The notes beneath the pieces were generated by a model. The model had not been told where the DNA came from, did no database searches, and saw nothing but the letters and a program-made list of their open reading frames with translations. A program made the translations under genes and the position numbers. Source: Octopus bimaculoides (Eukaryota). Taken from it: a stretch of DNA of 64,000 nt. The stretch covers positions 1,662,126 to 1,726,125 of the forward strand of contig NC_069007.1 in NCBI RefSeq assembly GCF_001194135.2, read 5' to 3'. Positions 50,732 to 64,000 of the stretch are shown in pieces; positions within the stretch are counted from its first letter, which is position 1, and the number at the start of each line of letters is the position of its first letter.

Positions 50732-51562
50732 TGTCTAAGAGAAATGCAAAAAATTGTGCAGTGTTTATCCTTCGTAAACCCTATTTATTTAAATGCCTGT
50801 GCTGTATTAAATGAAAACATCTCGCTACTGCCTCTCCCACTTGCGCTCTCCAATATCCAAACATTGTCAACAATATCCAAACATTGGATCAGTGTGTCTA
50901 GAACATATTCCACTTTTCATATCTGAAAACTTTATCACCAACCGCATATGCCCTTTCGTAACACTTCCATGCCAGGGTCGTTTGTTTGAACGATTGTTTT
51001 ATTTTTTCCCTTCCGAATGCGTTACGTATTCTATTGATATACATCGCTCGTACAGTACATACACACGCATAGAATCACTTACAGACACATTCCAGTCTCT
51101 GACTCAAATGCGTCTTCTCTCTTCTTCCCAACTGTTCAGCTTCTGCATTAATTATATCTGCTCTTCAGAGATGTACAATACAATGGCAACTCAATCTGGT
51201 CCGTAGGCTACACATTCGCCCTTCCACCTCCAATTATTCATTTGGTTTTCTACACAAAACACTCCGCGTTAAATATTGCGGTCAGTCCTTCCGCCCTTCC
51301 TGCTCGACCATTATTCTCCTGCAGCTGTTTACAAGTGTTTAAGAGTAGCATTAAATGCATCATTTACACTGCTCTAGCAGAGCCAGCAGACGTCAGGACC
51401 AATAATGTAACGTATGTATCAACACGCGTGCGCCTGTGCACGATAGATTACTGTACAATTGTTTTAGAAAAGAGAATTAATAGGAAATACCTGGAAAACA
51501 TCATATTATATACATATTTGTATACATACCAGCACAAATACATACATTCATTATTAAAACAC

Positions 51563-51608
<46 letters not shown>

Positions 51609-53117
51609 TTTGTACTTTATATCGGTCTTCGTATTTTTGTATAAATGGTGTTCCGCGTACTTTAGATGAAAATGATCTTTTGAGTTTATATTTCGGTTTA
51701 AAAACCAAAAAGCATAAACTTATTGCTTCAAGTATTNNNNNNNNNNNNNNNNNNNNNNNNNNNNNNNNNNNNNNNNNNNNNNNNNNNNNNNNNNNNNNNN
51801 NNNNNNNNNNNNNNNNNNNNNNNNNNNNNNNNNNNNNNNNNNNNNNNNNNNNNNNNNNNNNNNNNNNNNNNNNNNNNNNNNNNNNNNNNNNNNNNNNNNN
51901 NNNNNNNNNNNNNNNNNNNNNNNNNNNNNNNNNNNNNNNNNNNNNNNNNNNNNNNNNNNNNNNNNNNNNNNNNNNNNNNNNNNNNNNNNNNNNNNNNNNN
52001 NNNNNNNNNNNNNNNNNNNNNNNNNNNNNNNNNNNNNNNNNNNNNNNNNNNNNNNNNNNNNNNNNNNNNNNNNNNNNNNNNNNNNNNNNNNNNNNNNNNN
52101 NNNNNNNNNNNNNNNNNNNNNNNNNNNNNNNNNNNNNNNNNNNNNNNNNNNNNNNNNNNNNNNNNNNNNNNNNNNNNNNNNNNNNNNNNNNNNNNNNNNN
52201 NNNNNNNNNNNNNNNNNNNNNNNNNNNNNNNNNNNNNNNNNNNNNNNNNNNNNNNNNNNNNNNNNNNNNNNNNNNNNNNNNNNNNNNNNNNNNNNNNNNN
52301 NNNNNNNNNNNNNNNNNNNNNNNNNNNNNNNNNNNNNNNNNNNNNNNNNNNNNNNNNNNNNNNNNNNNNNNNNNNNNNNNNNNNNNNNNNNNNNNNNNNN
52401 NATATATACCATAAATACATACACATATTTATATATACATACGTATAGATGTATATATATATATATATACATACGTATAGATGTATATATATATATATAT
52501 GCATACACATATATGTATATATATATACATACATATATATATATATATATATGTACAATCCTGATTTATGTATTGAAGCTTATATAAACATACTTTTGAT
52601 GTGTCGATGAATCGATGTGTCCGTTTTCCTCAAACATTACTATGTCAATGTGTGTGTGTATGTGTGAATGTTAGGACATTCACTAAGATACACATTCTGA
52701 GCTGTTATGAAAAACTCGAATACAGCAGCCTCATAACCGCCACATTGAGATATTTCCACCAATTTAGAATTTCAGGTTTTCTTTTGAAAGTCTCGAAAGA
52801 GTCTTTCGCAATGTTCTATCTTTGATAGAAAAAGACTTCAAAAATAGCATTTTGGAAGAAACCACTAATTATTCTATTGAATTATGCCATCAAATCACGA
52901 TAAAGGAATTACAACAATAAATAGTTTTAGAAAATCATATTTAGCTTCAATAGAAAAATGGAAGTTCTTCATTGGATTTAACACCGAAATATCTTCAATT
53001 TATTTATTATTTATTTTATTTCATTTCATTTCCTCCTTGTGAAATAGGTGTAGCCTCCGTCTATCTCCGCCAGTTTCTCTCTCTCGCCCCATCACTCTCT
53101 CTGTCTCTCTCGCTGTC

Positions 53118-53152
<35 letters not shown>

Positions 53153-53154
53153 AC

Positions 53155-53218
<64 letters not shown>

Positions 53219-53803
53219 GTATATACATATATCATTTTCATTATTATTATCGTCTCATTATATCCCTCTTATCCATCTTATTCTTATTATTCTTATTATT
53301 AACATCAATAATAATAATAATGATAATAATAATAATAATAATAGCAATAATAATATTAATATGAACACTGAGGTAGTAAATATGGTGGATTGTCGAATTC
53401 CGTTGAGTGTCAAAGTAACTTGAACGGTATATAATTAGGTGTATTTACGCGTAGAGTACGAATCACTGTCGCTGGGGTTTGAGGAAGTGGGAGACAGTGA
53501 TCGATAACAGAATTTCCCTCGAATTGGAATAAAATATTTCTTTGATTAGATCGATTTATTCGACAACAATTCAAAAAATGTAGGTTGTAGGTAATTCAAT
53601 TAGTGGGTAAACTATTCAGTTGATTCCTATTTCACCAACGATAGTCTTTTCGAGAGAGAAAAAAAAACATCCTCACCTACATGCTTACCTACTTTTCTAC
53701 ACTCGCATGTACACACAGGTACGTACAACGACACTGACACGCACTAGACACACATACACATACAGACACATATACACACGTCTCACTCTCTCTCTTTCTA
53801 TCA

Positions 53804-53835
<32 letters not shown>

Positions 53836-53856
53836 GTATATATATATTTATATATA

Positions 53857-54112
53857 CAGGGTGATAAATTGAATATTAATTCAATTTAAAACCAAGTGGC
53901 CTAGCATATAAAATAATCTGAAAATTCAGAAAAAAATTGTATTACACGTATATAAGGGATGACCACTAGGTGGACATCCAATATGCTAGAAAGAGGTCAT
54001 CAACGACTCAACCACAAAGAAAAAAGATTTTTCTTTGTGGTTGGGTCGTTGATGACCTCTTTCTAGCATATTGGCTGTCTACCTAGTGGTTATCACTTAT
54101 ACACGTGTAATA
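53857..54112 (-). mobile_element. Asymmetric palindromic element, copy 3 (opposite orientation, diverged)
   Basis: Tail TA|CAGGGTGATAAATTGAATATTAATTCAATTT...GGCCTAGCATAT on the left, then 85-bp arms (53940-54024 / 54028-54112, 6 mismatches) with a 3-nt loop. Confidence 0.8.
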
Positions 54113-54165
54113 AATAAATATATATATCTGTGTGTGTAGGCATATATGTCTGTATAAATTTATAA

Positions 54166-54282
54166 AGACCGCAAGCTGGCAGAAACGTTAGAACGCCGGG
54201 TGAAATGCTTAGTGGTATTTCGTCTGCCGTTATGTTCTGAGTTCAAATTCCGCCCAGGTCGACTTTGCCTTTCATCCTTCCG
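54166..54282 (+). mobile_element. 5' half of a family A SINE
   Basis: AAGCTGGCAGAAACGTTAGAACGCCGGG...GAGTTCAAATTCCGCCCAGGTCGACTTTGCCTTTCATCCTTCCG. Confidence 0.85.
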
Positions 54283-55022
54283 TAAGCAGCCTTTAATGCA
54301 CCAACCTAATGATCAGCATACTTCTCCAAGTCGCTTTGGACATAGATGAGGCGTAGAAGAAAGGAAGTATCTGGCCCAGGATAGGTTTGGTATCATGAAT
54401 ATGATATATACAAACACTGTACACGGAGCAGGATATGAAGGTTGTTTCTAACTCTTCATGTCGACTTTAAAGTCTGATCTAAGTGTCTTAACTTCTTTAT
54501 CATTTGTTGTGTTTCCTAAAGTGTATGTTGTATTAAAGCATAAGACGGTATATTATAATACGTATATTGTAACTTCGTTCGGTTTGTGCGAACCGCCAAA
54601 TTACGGGGGACGTAAATAAACAAATCGAGGTTGTCAAGCGTTGATGGGGAACAAATATATACGCAAAGCTACACGTGATTGGCTATGTCATGTCATGTCA
54701 ATCATCTGACTGGAATCCATATCAGAACACCGTTCTGTGGGTTAAGCTTGGTGAAACACGTATCTATTAACTTGGATTCCAATTTACCTCAACCCATACA
54801 TCATGGTGACTTCTATTACAGTAATATATATTCAGCGATAGCACGCCAAACGTCACACTTCGCCCAAATACACCGATTTAATTTGTTTCCCGATGAAACA
54901 GTTAATGACGTTATAAATAGGTACGACTTTTAGTCAAGTCTATTTACTGGTGTTAGCAGTGAAACTATCAGTGATTTCAGAACAAACAGTTCATTAGTTT
55001 TAGTAGTCATTTCTCACCCTAT

Positions 55023-55025
55023 CAC

Positions 55026-55080
<55 letters not shown>

Positions 55081-55375
55081 TATTTACTGTTATTATTATT
55101 ATTATTATTATTTATTTATTTACTGTTATTATTATTATTATTATTATTTATTTATTTACTGTTATTATTATTATTATTATTATTATTTATTTATTTACTG
55201 TTATTGTTATTATTATTATTATTTATTTATTTACTGTTATTGTTATTATTATTATTAATTTATTTACTGTTATTATTATTATTATTATTATTATTTATTT
55301 ATTTACTGTTATTATTATTACTATTATTATTATTATTTATTACTATTATCAGTATTTCTTCTTATTATTATTATA
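55023..55375. repeat. (TTA)n-based minisatellite with 7 TTTACTG interruptions
   Basis: TTTACTG at 55083, 55119, 55155, 55194, 55230, 55263 and 55302 (spacings 36, 36, 39, 36, 33, 39). Confidence 0.9.
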
Positions 55376-58300
55376 ATCTTCCGTGGTATCTTCGTAATCA
55401 ACATCATCAATATCATCGTCACCATTGCGTTAATAACACAATCCTCATCCTTGCCACCACCATCATCATCATCATCATCATCATTATTCTCATTGTTTTC
55501 ATCACCGCCGTCGCCGCCACCATATCCGTCTTTATCATAATATCATTCATTAATGCTAATTAGGAACGCTATTGATTTGTATTCGATATGCAACGTGTTA
55601 ACACTTTGAACTAAAGCATGCACGTCAGGTCTCCAATAGCACGCGATATGAGCCAATTAGGTAACTGCTAGTTGCTAGTTCCACCAGTCAGAAATAGTAC
55701 CAAAACTCACCAAAACCTACAGATTCAGCATTATCGAAAATCAGACTCATTCAACATTGTGTTCCAAAATCGTTTCTGTCGAGCTAAAAAGTGTATGAAC
55801 AGAATTGGAATATATTTGGCCCTATATGTGTCCTTCCTTTTACGAAGAGATTCTGACGGAGATTTAACTTCAGTTTTTTAGAAAATTGAACCCATCTCAC
55901 AAGTATTTCTTTGTTAGTGCAAATGATAGATTTTGTTTCATTTCCGAATCATTAAAGGTGATTCTTCTTTTAAAACTTGCTTAATTTAATGGGGCTTCTA
56001 TACTTTGGGGATTCGGATTACGAAACTATTCGTCATCAGTTTAGTATCTTTATGCATTCTACAGTTTAGTATTTATTACAATGAACACAGATGATGGATT
56101 GCAAAATTGGTACATATTATCTATTTATCCTTCTATCTGTCTATCTATCTAATTATCTATCTATCTATCTACAAACAGACACAGACCCACACATATATAA
56201 AATGTTGAATGGAAAGATGTTTCTTTCATAGAGATGTATTTTAGCCGAGCGTACACCGGTTTAGCTCTATACCGATTCATATACTTTGGATTTCATTAAT
56301 TTGTGTTAGTATTAATGTTAATACTTATGAAGTTTCAGTTGTCGTTGTAGATGTTTTCATCCAAGAATTTTAATAATATAACATACGGAAAATGGAAAGT
56401 TTGAACACACAAAAACTCAATTTATTTGTATAATAATAAATATTATATCACCTACGTACGTTTCAATTTCTTTTCTTCATTCATATTTTGCAATTAAAAT
56501 TGCATTATACAATTAAAATGTAAAAATCTCTTTAGGGCAAAAATTGGCACATATTCGGTCACATCGTAATAGATGAAGAGTTGCTTACAGACTGAGATAG
56601 CACCATGCTTTTTTGTGCTTGTCTTTTGGATTCCTTTCTAAAAATAGTTTGAGTTTACACTACGACCTCAGTGGACAAATGTAGATTTTAAAACGGCTGG
56701 CTACCAATCCTGTCTCTACTCACTTCTGAAAAGAATACAAAATAGAATATATATATATTAGCAAGAATCCAAATGAATATATTTATATGAGTTCTATTTA
56801 TTTTTTTGTTAGTTTCAATTGTTATTAAATTCTTTTATTCATTTAGATGTATTGGTCGTACTTATTTATAGGTAAGGTTATTATATACATTTTAAGTTTA
56901 ATTTTTATATGCATTTTACATTTAATAATGAAGGGGGTATGATTCACTGTGTATCGCATGAGAGAGGTGGAGATATAGGGTTAGAGAGAGAGTGAGAAAG
57001 AAAGAGAGAGAGAGACCGCCAGGGAGAGAGATAAAGATAGACAGAGAGAGACAGAGAGCATTCTAGTGCAAAAAGAATGAAAGTGGTTTGTGTGTATAGC
57101 TAAAGAAATATATATTCGAAATTAAATACGAAGCGAAACTAGGGGTTTGGCAGTGTAACTATGAAGTAAGAGCGAACTACCTGAAGCAATCATAACACAA
57201 GAATTTATAATCTAAAATGTTGCTGTCCGTAGAGAAGTGTATATGCAGACATAAGATGAAGAATTGATGACGTAGAATAATCGGTAGAGAATTAAGAATA
57301 TATCGAATCGACTGAAATGAATAAAATCAACCTTGTTTTTATTCATGCTCGCATACACTCATGCTCGCACACACAAATACATATAGGGGCAGAAGCACTT
57401 ATGTATAGTATAATGCATGCATATATACACAATGTTATATTATATGCATCATACAAACAGCTAAATAGATACACACTTAAAGGCACACACACACACACAC
57501 ACATGTATATATGATGTATATTGGTGCTTACATCAAATGCTATGCTAGTGAAACTCAGACTGAATAGGTTAACAGATAACCAAAAATAAAGAAGATATTT
57601 TAAAAAATAAAATGAAAGAAGCGCGAATGGTTGAAATATAATCATGCATTGGTAAAGATGTTGGAATTGTATTCTAGCAGAAATAAAAAACAGAAACGAA
57701 ATAGTAATAATAATAATAATAATTTACTGCAATGAAAATAACGAGCTTTCTTAAATCGGACTTAGTATGATGTAAGGTTAGTAGAAAAGTAAGCTTTTTT
57801 TTTGCTATTTATCTATGTATCCTTTTTTTTTCTTTTGAGAAATTTTAACCTAGTCTTCAGAAGTGAAGATCTATTTTCAAATTACTTATGTATTTTGTTT
57901 TTAAGTATCATTGACTTAAATCGTCTTTTGATTAAAATCAGCGAAAGGAGTCTATTTTATTCATTTTCTTTCTTTTCACTGACTTCTAGTATGTTATGCC
58001 ACTAGAAATAAGAGATTTACCTCTGTGTATGTATATATAGATGCGCGTGTGTATGTATTTGCTTGTGTCAGCGTGCGAGTTCTTTACATTCAACCCTGTC
58101 TGCAGTTACTCATTTATAAACACACACGTGTGCACACACAGCATTCACATGTACACACATACGCAGAAATACACACACATTTAATTTCCGTCTATTCGTT
58201 GATTTTTTTTTTTTTTCAATAATGTCCCTACATCAAAGCTAAGAGATAATTTTTTCTTCAAATGAAAGGTGTATGAGACACATCGAGACATGTCTACACG

Positions 58301-58755
58301 GTGGATAACTGTGAACCAAATGGTTGTTGTCACACGTTCATCTGTTGGAGGTATTTCTGGAGTCAGAGAGAAGCTGCAGGCGATCGCCTCCTCACCACAG
58401 GAGATTAGCCAACATTGATTACTTAAAAATATTGCTACTAAAGTATGGATTTGTTCTAAAACGGCTCTCTATCTCAAAACATAATTGCGTGCCGCATTCT
58501 TATCACTTTGGAACTGGTACCGGCTGTGACGACTCAGTAGATCTCATGTTACGTTCTCGGTTTATGAATATCTCATGGTTACACAAAGGAAAATGAAGTG
58601 CATACAGCGGAGTCCTACCTCTTTACCTGCTTCATATTAATAGCCATTTATATGCCCAGGACTAATGTAGAAAATGCAAAATAGATGCACGAATACTTAT
58701 ATGAGAAGCACTATAATACCTTCTAAGAAGAAATATTGTCTGAAACAGTGCTTAA

Positions 58756-58880
58756 AGAACGAATTATCAATTAATAATCGAGACTTTCAGAAAGATTAAT
58801 ACATTTGATATTGTGTTGTTGGATTACAATAAGTCGTATGATAAAGTCTTAATCTCGTGAATCAAGTCATGCCGAGAATC
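58756..58880 (+). pseudogene. Non-LTR reverse transcriptase motif relic
   Basis: RTNYQLIIETFRKINTFDIVLLDYNKSYDKVLIS*IKSC resembles the RT LDxxKAFDxV..W/L motif. Clade not resolvable. Confidence 0.5.
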
Positions 58881-59864
58881 GTGAAACCGGAAAATGTTAG
58901 GGAACCATTAGAAAAGACGATAAGACATAATAAAGTAATGTGAATATTGTGAAGGCGAAAATTTAACAGATACATGAAGACTCTGTTTCCTGTTTGGGTT
59001 TTCGTTTCAGTGATCTCTTGTTGATGTTACCGAGTAAATCTAGCGAAAGTTGTCTCCGGGAAAATAGACAATTTCTGAATGATTTTCAGTTTTGTGTTAC
59101 CGCCTCAACTCCCTTTGTTGAGCACAACCTTCGTATTTCCAACTTCAAAACGCAATAGTTGTTTTTTTTTCTTTTTTCCTTTTTGCTATCTGATCCTGTT
59201 GTCGCCGGTATGCTATGTCGATTATCATGCATGCTTCTTTGTTTAATATTAATTATTATTGTTATTATTATTATTATTAGTAGTAGTAGTATTAATATTA
59301 TTATTATTAACATTATAAGAATTCTTTTGTGTCTATATCAGTATATTTCTACAACATCCCAAACCACCAAGCATGAAGGACTTTGGAAATTTGAGACTGT
59401 TGTTTGTGAGACGAGAAATATATTCTGAAAGATTCCAAATAGAACGGAGACATTGTGACAGACGTTACAAGGTGATGGCTTCTACGCTAACTCCCTACAC
59501 ACAGATGAGATGAGTAGATTAAATAACGATAAGTATGAATAGGAATTATTGTCGGAACATAAAACGATTTGGATCAGAGAAGCACCGTATACACTTTGGT
59601 ATTAGGTAATGCGTCTTTTGCAAATAAGCAGGGTGATGGAGTAAATCTGTCTTTTCAGAACTCTAAACAAGTATTAAGTTCTTCTGCACTAAAAGTTAAA
59701 ACGAAATAAAAAGAAATGCAAAGAATTTGTTAATTCAAGCAACGCTGCCACAGTTTATAGTAAATAGAAGTGCATTTTCTCTCAGAATATATTTGTATGC
59801 GTGTGTGGATGTGTGTCTGTGTGAGTGGTAGGTGTGTGTATGCAGGAATGTATATCTATACATA

Positions 59865-60285
59865 CGCGTGGGTATTAAAACATTCGAGGACTACTTTTCT
59901 AGCGCTCCAAATGACAGCAGCACATGGTTGCGTGCACAGTGAGTGCTGGCAGAGAAATTCATGAGTCTGCAGAGTGACATCGCTGTGATCACTTCGCAGT
60001 TTGTAAAATTTGTGCATTTGTGATCACGTGTATTCTGTAATGTACGATTTAGGGCATGAACAGAAAGTCGGAACAAAGAGCAAACGTGAAATTTTCTGTA
60101 AAAATTAGGGAGGCTGCTATAAAGATTTTAAGCATACATCGGCAAGATTACGGCGACGGGGCAATGTGTCGTACGAAATGTTTCAAGTGGTTCGGGTGCG
60201 CGATAAAGCTGCATCTAAATTAAGAACATTCTCATCAATTTTTTCGGCATCCGGGGTATTGTGCATCGAAAACTGCCCCCACCAC
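59865..60285 (+). mobile_element. Internally deleted mariner element (5' TIR, N-terminal HTH and a catalytic-domain fragment)
   Basis: TA|CGCGTGGGTATTAAAACATTCGAGGACT TIR-like start. 60056-60193 reads MNRKSEQRANVKFSVKIREAAIKILSIHRQDYGDGAMCRTKCFKWF (EQRANIKFCVKLGKS...AYG..AMSR..CFEW type). 60222-60275 reads KNILINFFGIRGIVHRKL (KTMLITFFDIRGIVHREF type). Confidence 0.8.
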
Positions 60286-60296
60286 CACATATATAT

Positions 60297-60790
60297 ACTA
60301 GCAGCTAAGCCTGGTTTCACCCGGTCGGTTTGGATGAAGTGGCTGTAAAACCTGCTCTGTATAAGCATTCGACTTGTTTGGGCACACTTGCGTTAAAAAA
60401 GAATTTTAGAATGACTTTTTTTTCTGTCAAAACGCTAAAAATAGCTGACAAACAAAATAAAAACCAAGCAACCAAGATTCAATCAAATCAAAAAATAAAC
60501 CCAAATACTAAGCGAACAAAGATAAACCATCCAACTTTCATTGCGAGCACACACACACACAAACACATTCGCATACCCCGCTTTTACATACACACACATA
60601 TTCATAAACACAAATGTATTATTGGAGTAGATTATCTCGGTAACCATGGAAGCTATGAAAAAAATACAAAGCCCAGCATCACCACCGAATCATTCTACAC
60701 ATCTGTGTAACTTTTCGCGCAATTCCACCCCGCCGTTTGACCGTGAATCCCAAGACAAGAATCGCCCATGTCAAATTTATATTGATAGAT
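60297..60790 (+). mobile_element. Possible non-autonomous Helitron/Helentron-associated element
   Basis: Starts ACTAGCAGCTAAGCCTGGTTTCACCCGG and ends ...CCGTTTGACCGTGAATCCC...AAATTTATATTGATAGAT, with an internal CA-rich tract. Resembles DINE-1/Lep1-type ends from memory. Confidence 0.45.
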
Positions 60791-61797
60791 AGATAGATAG
60801 ATAGATACACAGTGGTATTTATCCATTTATTTATTGAGTGGAACAAGTATGGAAGACTTACTTTTAGGAAACTTAATCTCTGTACCAAAAATTCTAAAGC
60901 ATGTGGAAACATTAGTCATGTTACTCGCAATTATCTCCCTTGTATACGAGACACATATCCGGATGAATTAACCATTGGCGAAGCTAATCTTCTCGCAAGC
61001 GCGCAAAGATTTCTGTTTAGCTTTCCTGATGCTATTTCCTTGAAATGCATTAATTTTAATTTAAATATTGCATGTAAATATGCTGGAATATTTATATTGA
61101 AACTCTTTGGGGAGTCACATATTTTAGAACTTGTGATTCAATGTGTTGAATAAGATATACTGGCCTTTTCATTTTATTTACTGCATGAATAATCTCCCGT
61201 TTATTTATATTCCATGTTTTTTTTAAATATTTAGTGAAGGCTTTAATATTCAGCAAAATCTTCTTAATATAGTAAATTATTGTGCGTGTGTATAAGCGAG
61301 ATGAAACAAACATTTTCACATAATCTAAACAAAAAATATAAGTAAGTTCATGTTATTGAACGAAGTGTTTTTAAAGAATATATTAAAATTTTATTTATTA
61401 TGTTCTTTATAAGACATGCTGATTCATGAGCAATATTTGATGCATAGTTTCCAGTTATAATGTTTCCCTCTGCGCAGCCGATTCATATAGTCACATCTTT
61501 ATGCATTTTCTGGATTAATTTAACTTTTGAATGTTCGAAATAATGAATATTTTTCTAAAATATATGTATTTCATACAGCTAAAATAGTGATACATAAATT
61601 TGTATATTCTTAAATTTGACTGGGGCTGAGATTTGTTTAACGTTGGAAGAACAAGATCCGCGAACATAGCTTATTACAGTATCTTTACGACATTACCTTG
61701 TTTCGAATCACGAATTCCCAGACATGAAAATACATATTTAGATTTCTGTGAAGAATACAAAAACTATCTTGCCACCATTCAGAATCCGTAAAGTAGA

Positions 61798-61838
<41 letters not shown>

Positions 61839-61990
61839 NNNNNNNNNNATATATTTAAATTTTTCAATCTAACGATTGCCACTTTCATGGAACCTCACCC
61901 CCAAAAACAAAAAGAATGATCTCCTCCCCTAAACAAAATCCTAAAGAAATATGTATTTTATTTTACCAAAATTCTGGCGAACTTCTTTCT

Positions 61991-62033
<43 letters not shown>

Positions 62034-62070
62034 TATGTATGTATGTATGTATGTATGTATATATACACAC

Positions 62071-62420
62071 TTTAACGGTTTCAGCTAATTCTGTGGCCAT
62101 GCTGGGCACCGCCGTTTTGCTATACTGTTATTACTGAGAGTCTCTTCTGGCACGTGACATTTATTGAATTTCCGAGTTTGATGTCGCTGCCCATATTTGA
62201 ACCTCCAGCCGTGAGGTAGGTTCATCGGGGACTCTCGACAGGATGAGATACAGTTTTGTATTGAAAACACCTACATCTGCTTTGTGTAAGTCCCTCGGGC
62301 TCTTTGGGAGAATATTAAAAAAATTGGGGACCCTTGAAACTTAGGCTGTGGCAGGAAGTGGTCCTGAAGTGCGACGGCATTGTTGGGATATTTGGCGCTG
62401 TGCGGTGGCGACCCGTTCTG
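62071..62420 (-). mobile_element. 3' end of a CR1-like LINE (ORF2 C-terminus and 3' UTR)
   Basis: GRHRTAPNIPTMPSHFRTTSCHSLSFKGPQ(frameshift)FNILPKSPRDLHKADVGVFNTKLYLILSRVPDEPTSRLEVQIWAATSNSEIQ* (stop at 62161-62163). The UTR ends GGCGGTGCCCAGCATGGCCACAG..GCTGAAAC. Confidence 0.75.
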
Positions 62421-62819
62421 TCATTTGTATAAGAATACATACATACAATATATATATAAATATAAAGTACACAACCTATTGAATAAATAAATAAATAAAA
62501 GTTATTGCGGATATGGTTTGAAATACCTAATATATTTGGAAAACGATCTGAAATATATTTCAACTATTGAACATTTCAGATGATTACTAGCGATGCACAC
62601 ACCAATACTTGTATGAATTAAAAAGAAGTAAACTTATAACATATTTCAGCAAGTATTATTGCTCAAGGAATATACACTCCGTTATTTGAAGCAGATTAAA
62701 ATTTGCATAGTTTATTATTTATTGCATAAAATGGTGGAATTGAATCAAGCGTCGTATAACTAGATATCGGAAGGAATGATATTTTGCCACAAAAAGAAGC
62801 AAAACAAAAACAACGACAA

Positions 62820-62842
62820 TAATGATAATAATGATGATGATG

Positions 62843-62899
<57 letters not shown>
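62820..62899. repeat. (TAA)n/(TGA)n microsatellite
   Basis: Direct reading. Confidence 0.95.
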
Positions 62900-63342
62900 G
62901 CGAAGAAAAAAATGGAAAATTCAATTTCAATATAATTCTGAAGAGATATTAAATAATACTAAAATATAACAAATATGATTAATATTGCGGCGAAATATTC
63001 ATGGAGTTTGATATTTAATGATATATAAAATCGTTACATATATACTCGAAATTCATGTTGAAATTAAAATGTACCACTAGAAAATTGCGGACGACCATTA
63101 AAGAAATCAACGAAGAATAATGTAAGGGTAAAAGAAAATAAAAGACAAATAAAAGAAAATATTTAAATATATTGTTTCAAGTATCACACAAAGAAATAAA
63201 GAGGAAATAAGAGAAAAAGACAGGTCATTTATCTTTCGAATTATATATTTATCCCTATTTAGCTGATCGCATGACAGCTTAGTGGACACATACATACAAA
63301 CATACATACGGACGTACATACATGCACTTATACATGTATGTG

Positions 63343-63380
<38 letters not shown>

Positions 63381-63487
63381 GTCAGAGATAGAAAGAGAGA
63401 GATAGGTATATATATATATATATATATTTACATATTGATATATGTATGTGCATATACATACATTTATATATATATATATATATACAC

Positions 63488-63526
<39 letters not shown>

Positions 63527-63966
63527 TATACAGAGATTTATATATATATATATATGTGTGTGTACACACATACCCACATAAATATACATGTTTATTTTGA
63601 ATTTTATCTCTACATATTTTCTATAGAATACCGTGTTCCTATATGTGTGTGTATGTATGTACATGTATGAATGTACATGTATGTACGTTGCGATGTATGT
63701 GCATGTGTACACACATGTCTATATATTTGTATGTGTGCATGTGCCCCGTGTGTTTGTTTATAACATATAAACGTGTATACATTTTCCAATCGGGTTTCTG
63801 TGAATGTTTAGACATTTAAAAAAAAATGGGCGCACTTAAATGAAATAATGAGAAATTTGTTGCAGGGGACAGAATAAAAGTGGAGATCATTTATATGAAA
63901 ACGGAGAAGTATGAACTTGCACGCGAGGCAAAAATTACATACAGTCACACATGCATACACACTCAC

Positions 63967-64000
<34 letters not shown>

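Noticed and set aside
51080-51140. 60-nt minus-strand exon ending at GTAAGT
   Set aside because: The acceptor lacks a polypyrimidine tract and the peptide is not recognised.
58320-58420. VGGISGVREKL as a Gypsy integrase GHxG motif
   Set aside because: The key His is missing and there are no downstream CxxC or DDE motifs.
63852-63865. GAAATTTGTTGCAG as the missing Chapaev3 left TIR
   Set aside because: 47 kb away and followed by GGG rather than TG plus the TWA target; probably coincidental.

Overview
AT-rich, repeat-dense eukaryotic intronic or intergenic DNA with 13 assembly gaps (about 3.7 kb of N), most of them flanked by microsatellites. The SINE families and microsatellite load resemble an octopus (cephalopod) genome; this is inference from recalled family resemblance, not a database result. 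I recognise no intact host protein-coding gene, and most ORFs in the supplied track are microsatellite or gap artefacts. Supported content: (i) many tRNA-headed SINEs of at least 4 families; (ii) decayed transposon coding relics (Chapaev3-like, mariner, R4/Dong-like, CR1-like, a possible Merlin-like transposase and a zinc-finger relic); (iii) a 567-bp TIR element with an 8-bp TSD, nested inverted repeats and a telomeric core; (iv) three copies of an asymmetric palindromic element whose arms co-vary; (v) short Penelope-like tails carrying minimal type I hammerhead ribozyme motifs. The best candidate novel system is a tRNA-headed (Pol III) SINE-like element fused to a hammerhead-bearing tail and preceded by an inverted copy of that tail (12565-12958). 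All motif, fold and family calls were made by eye and need computational confirmation.
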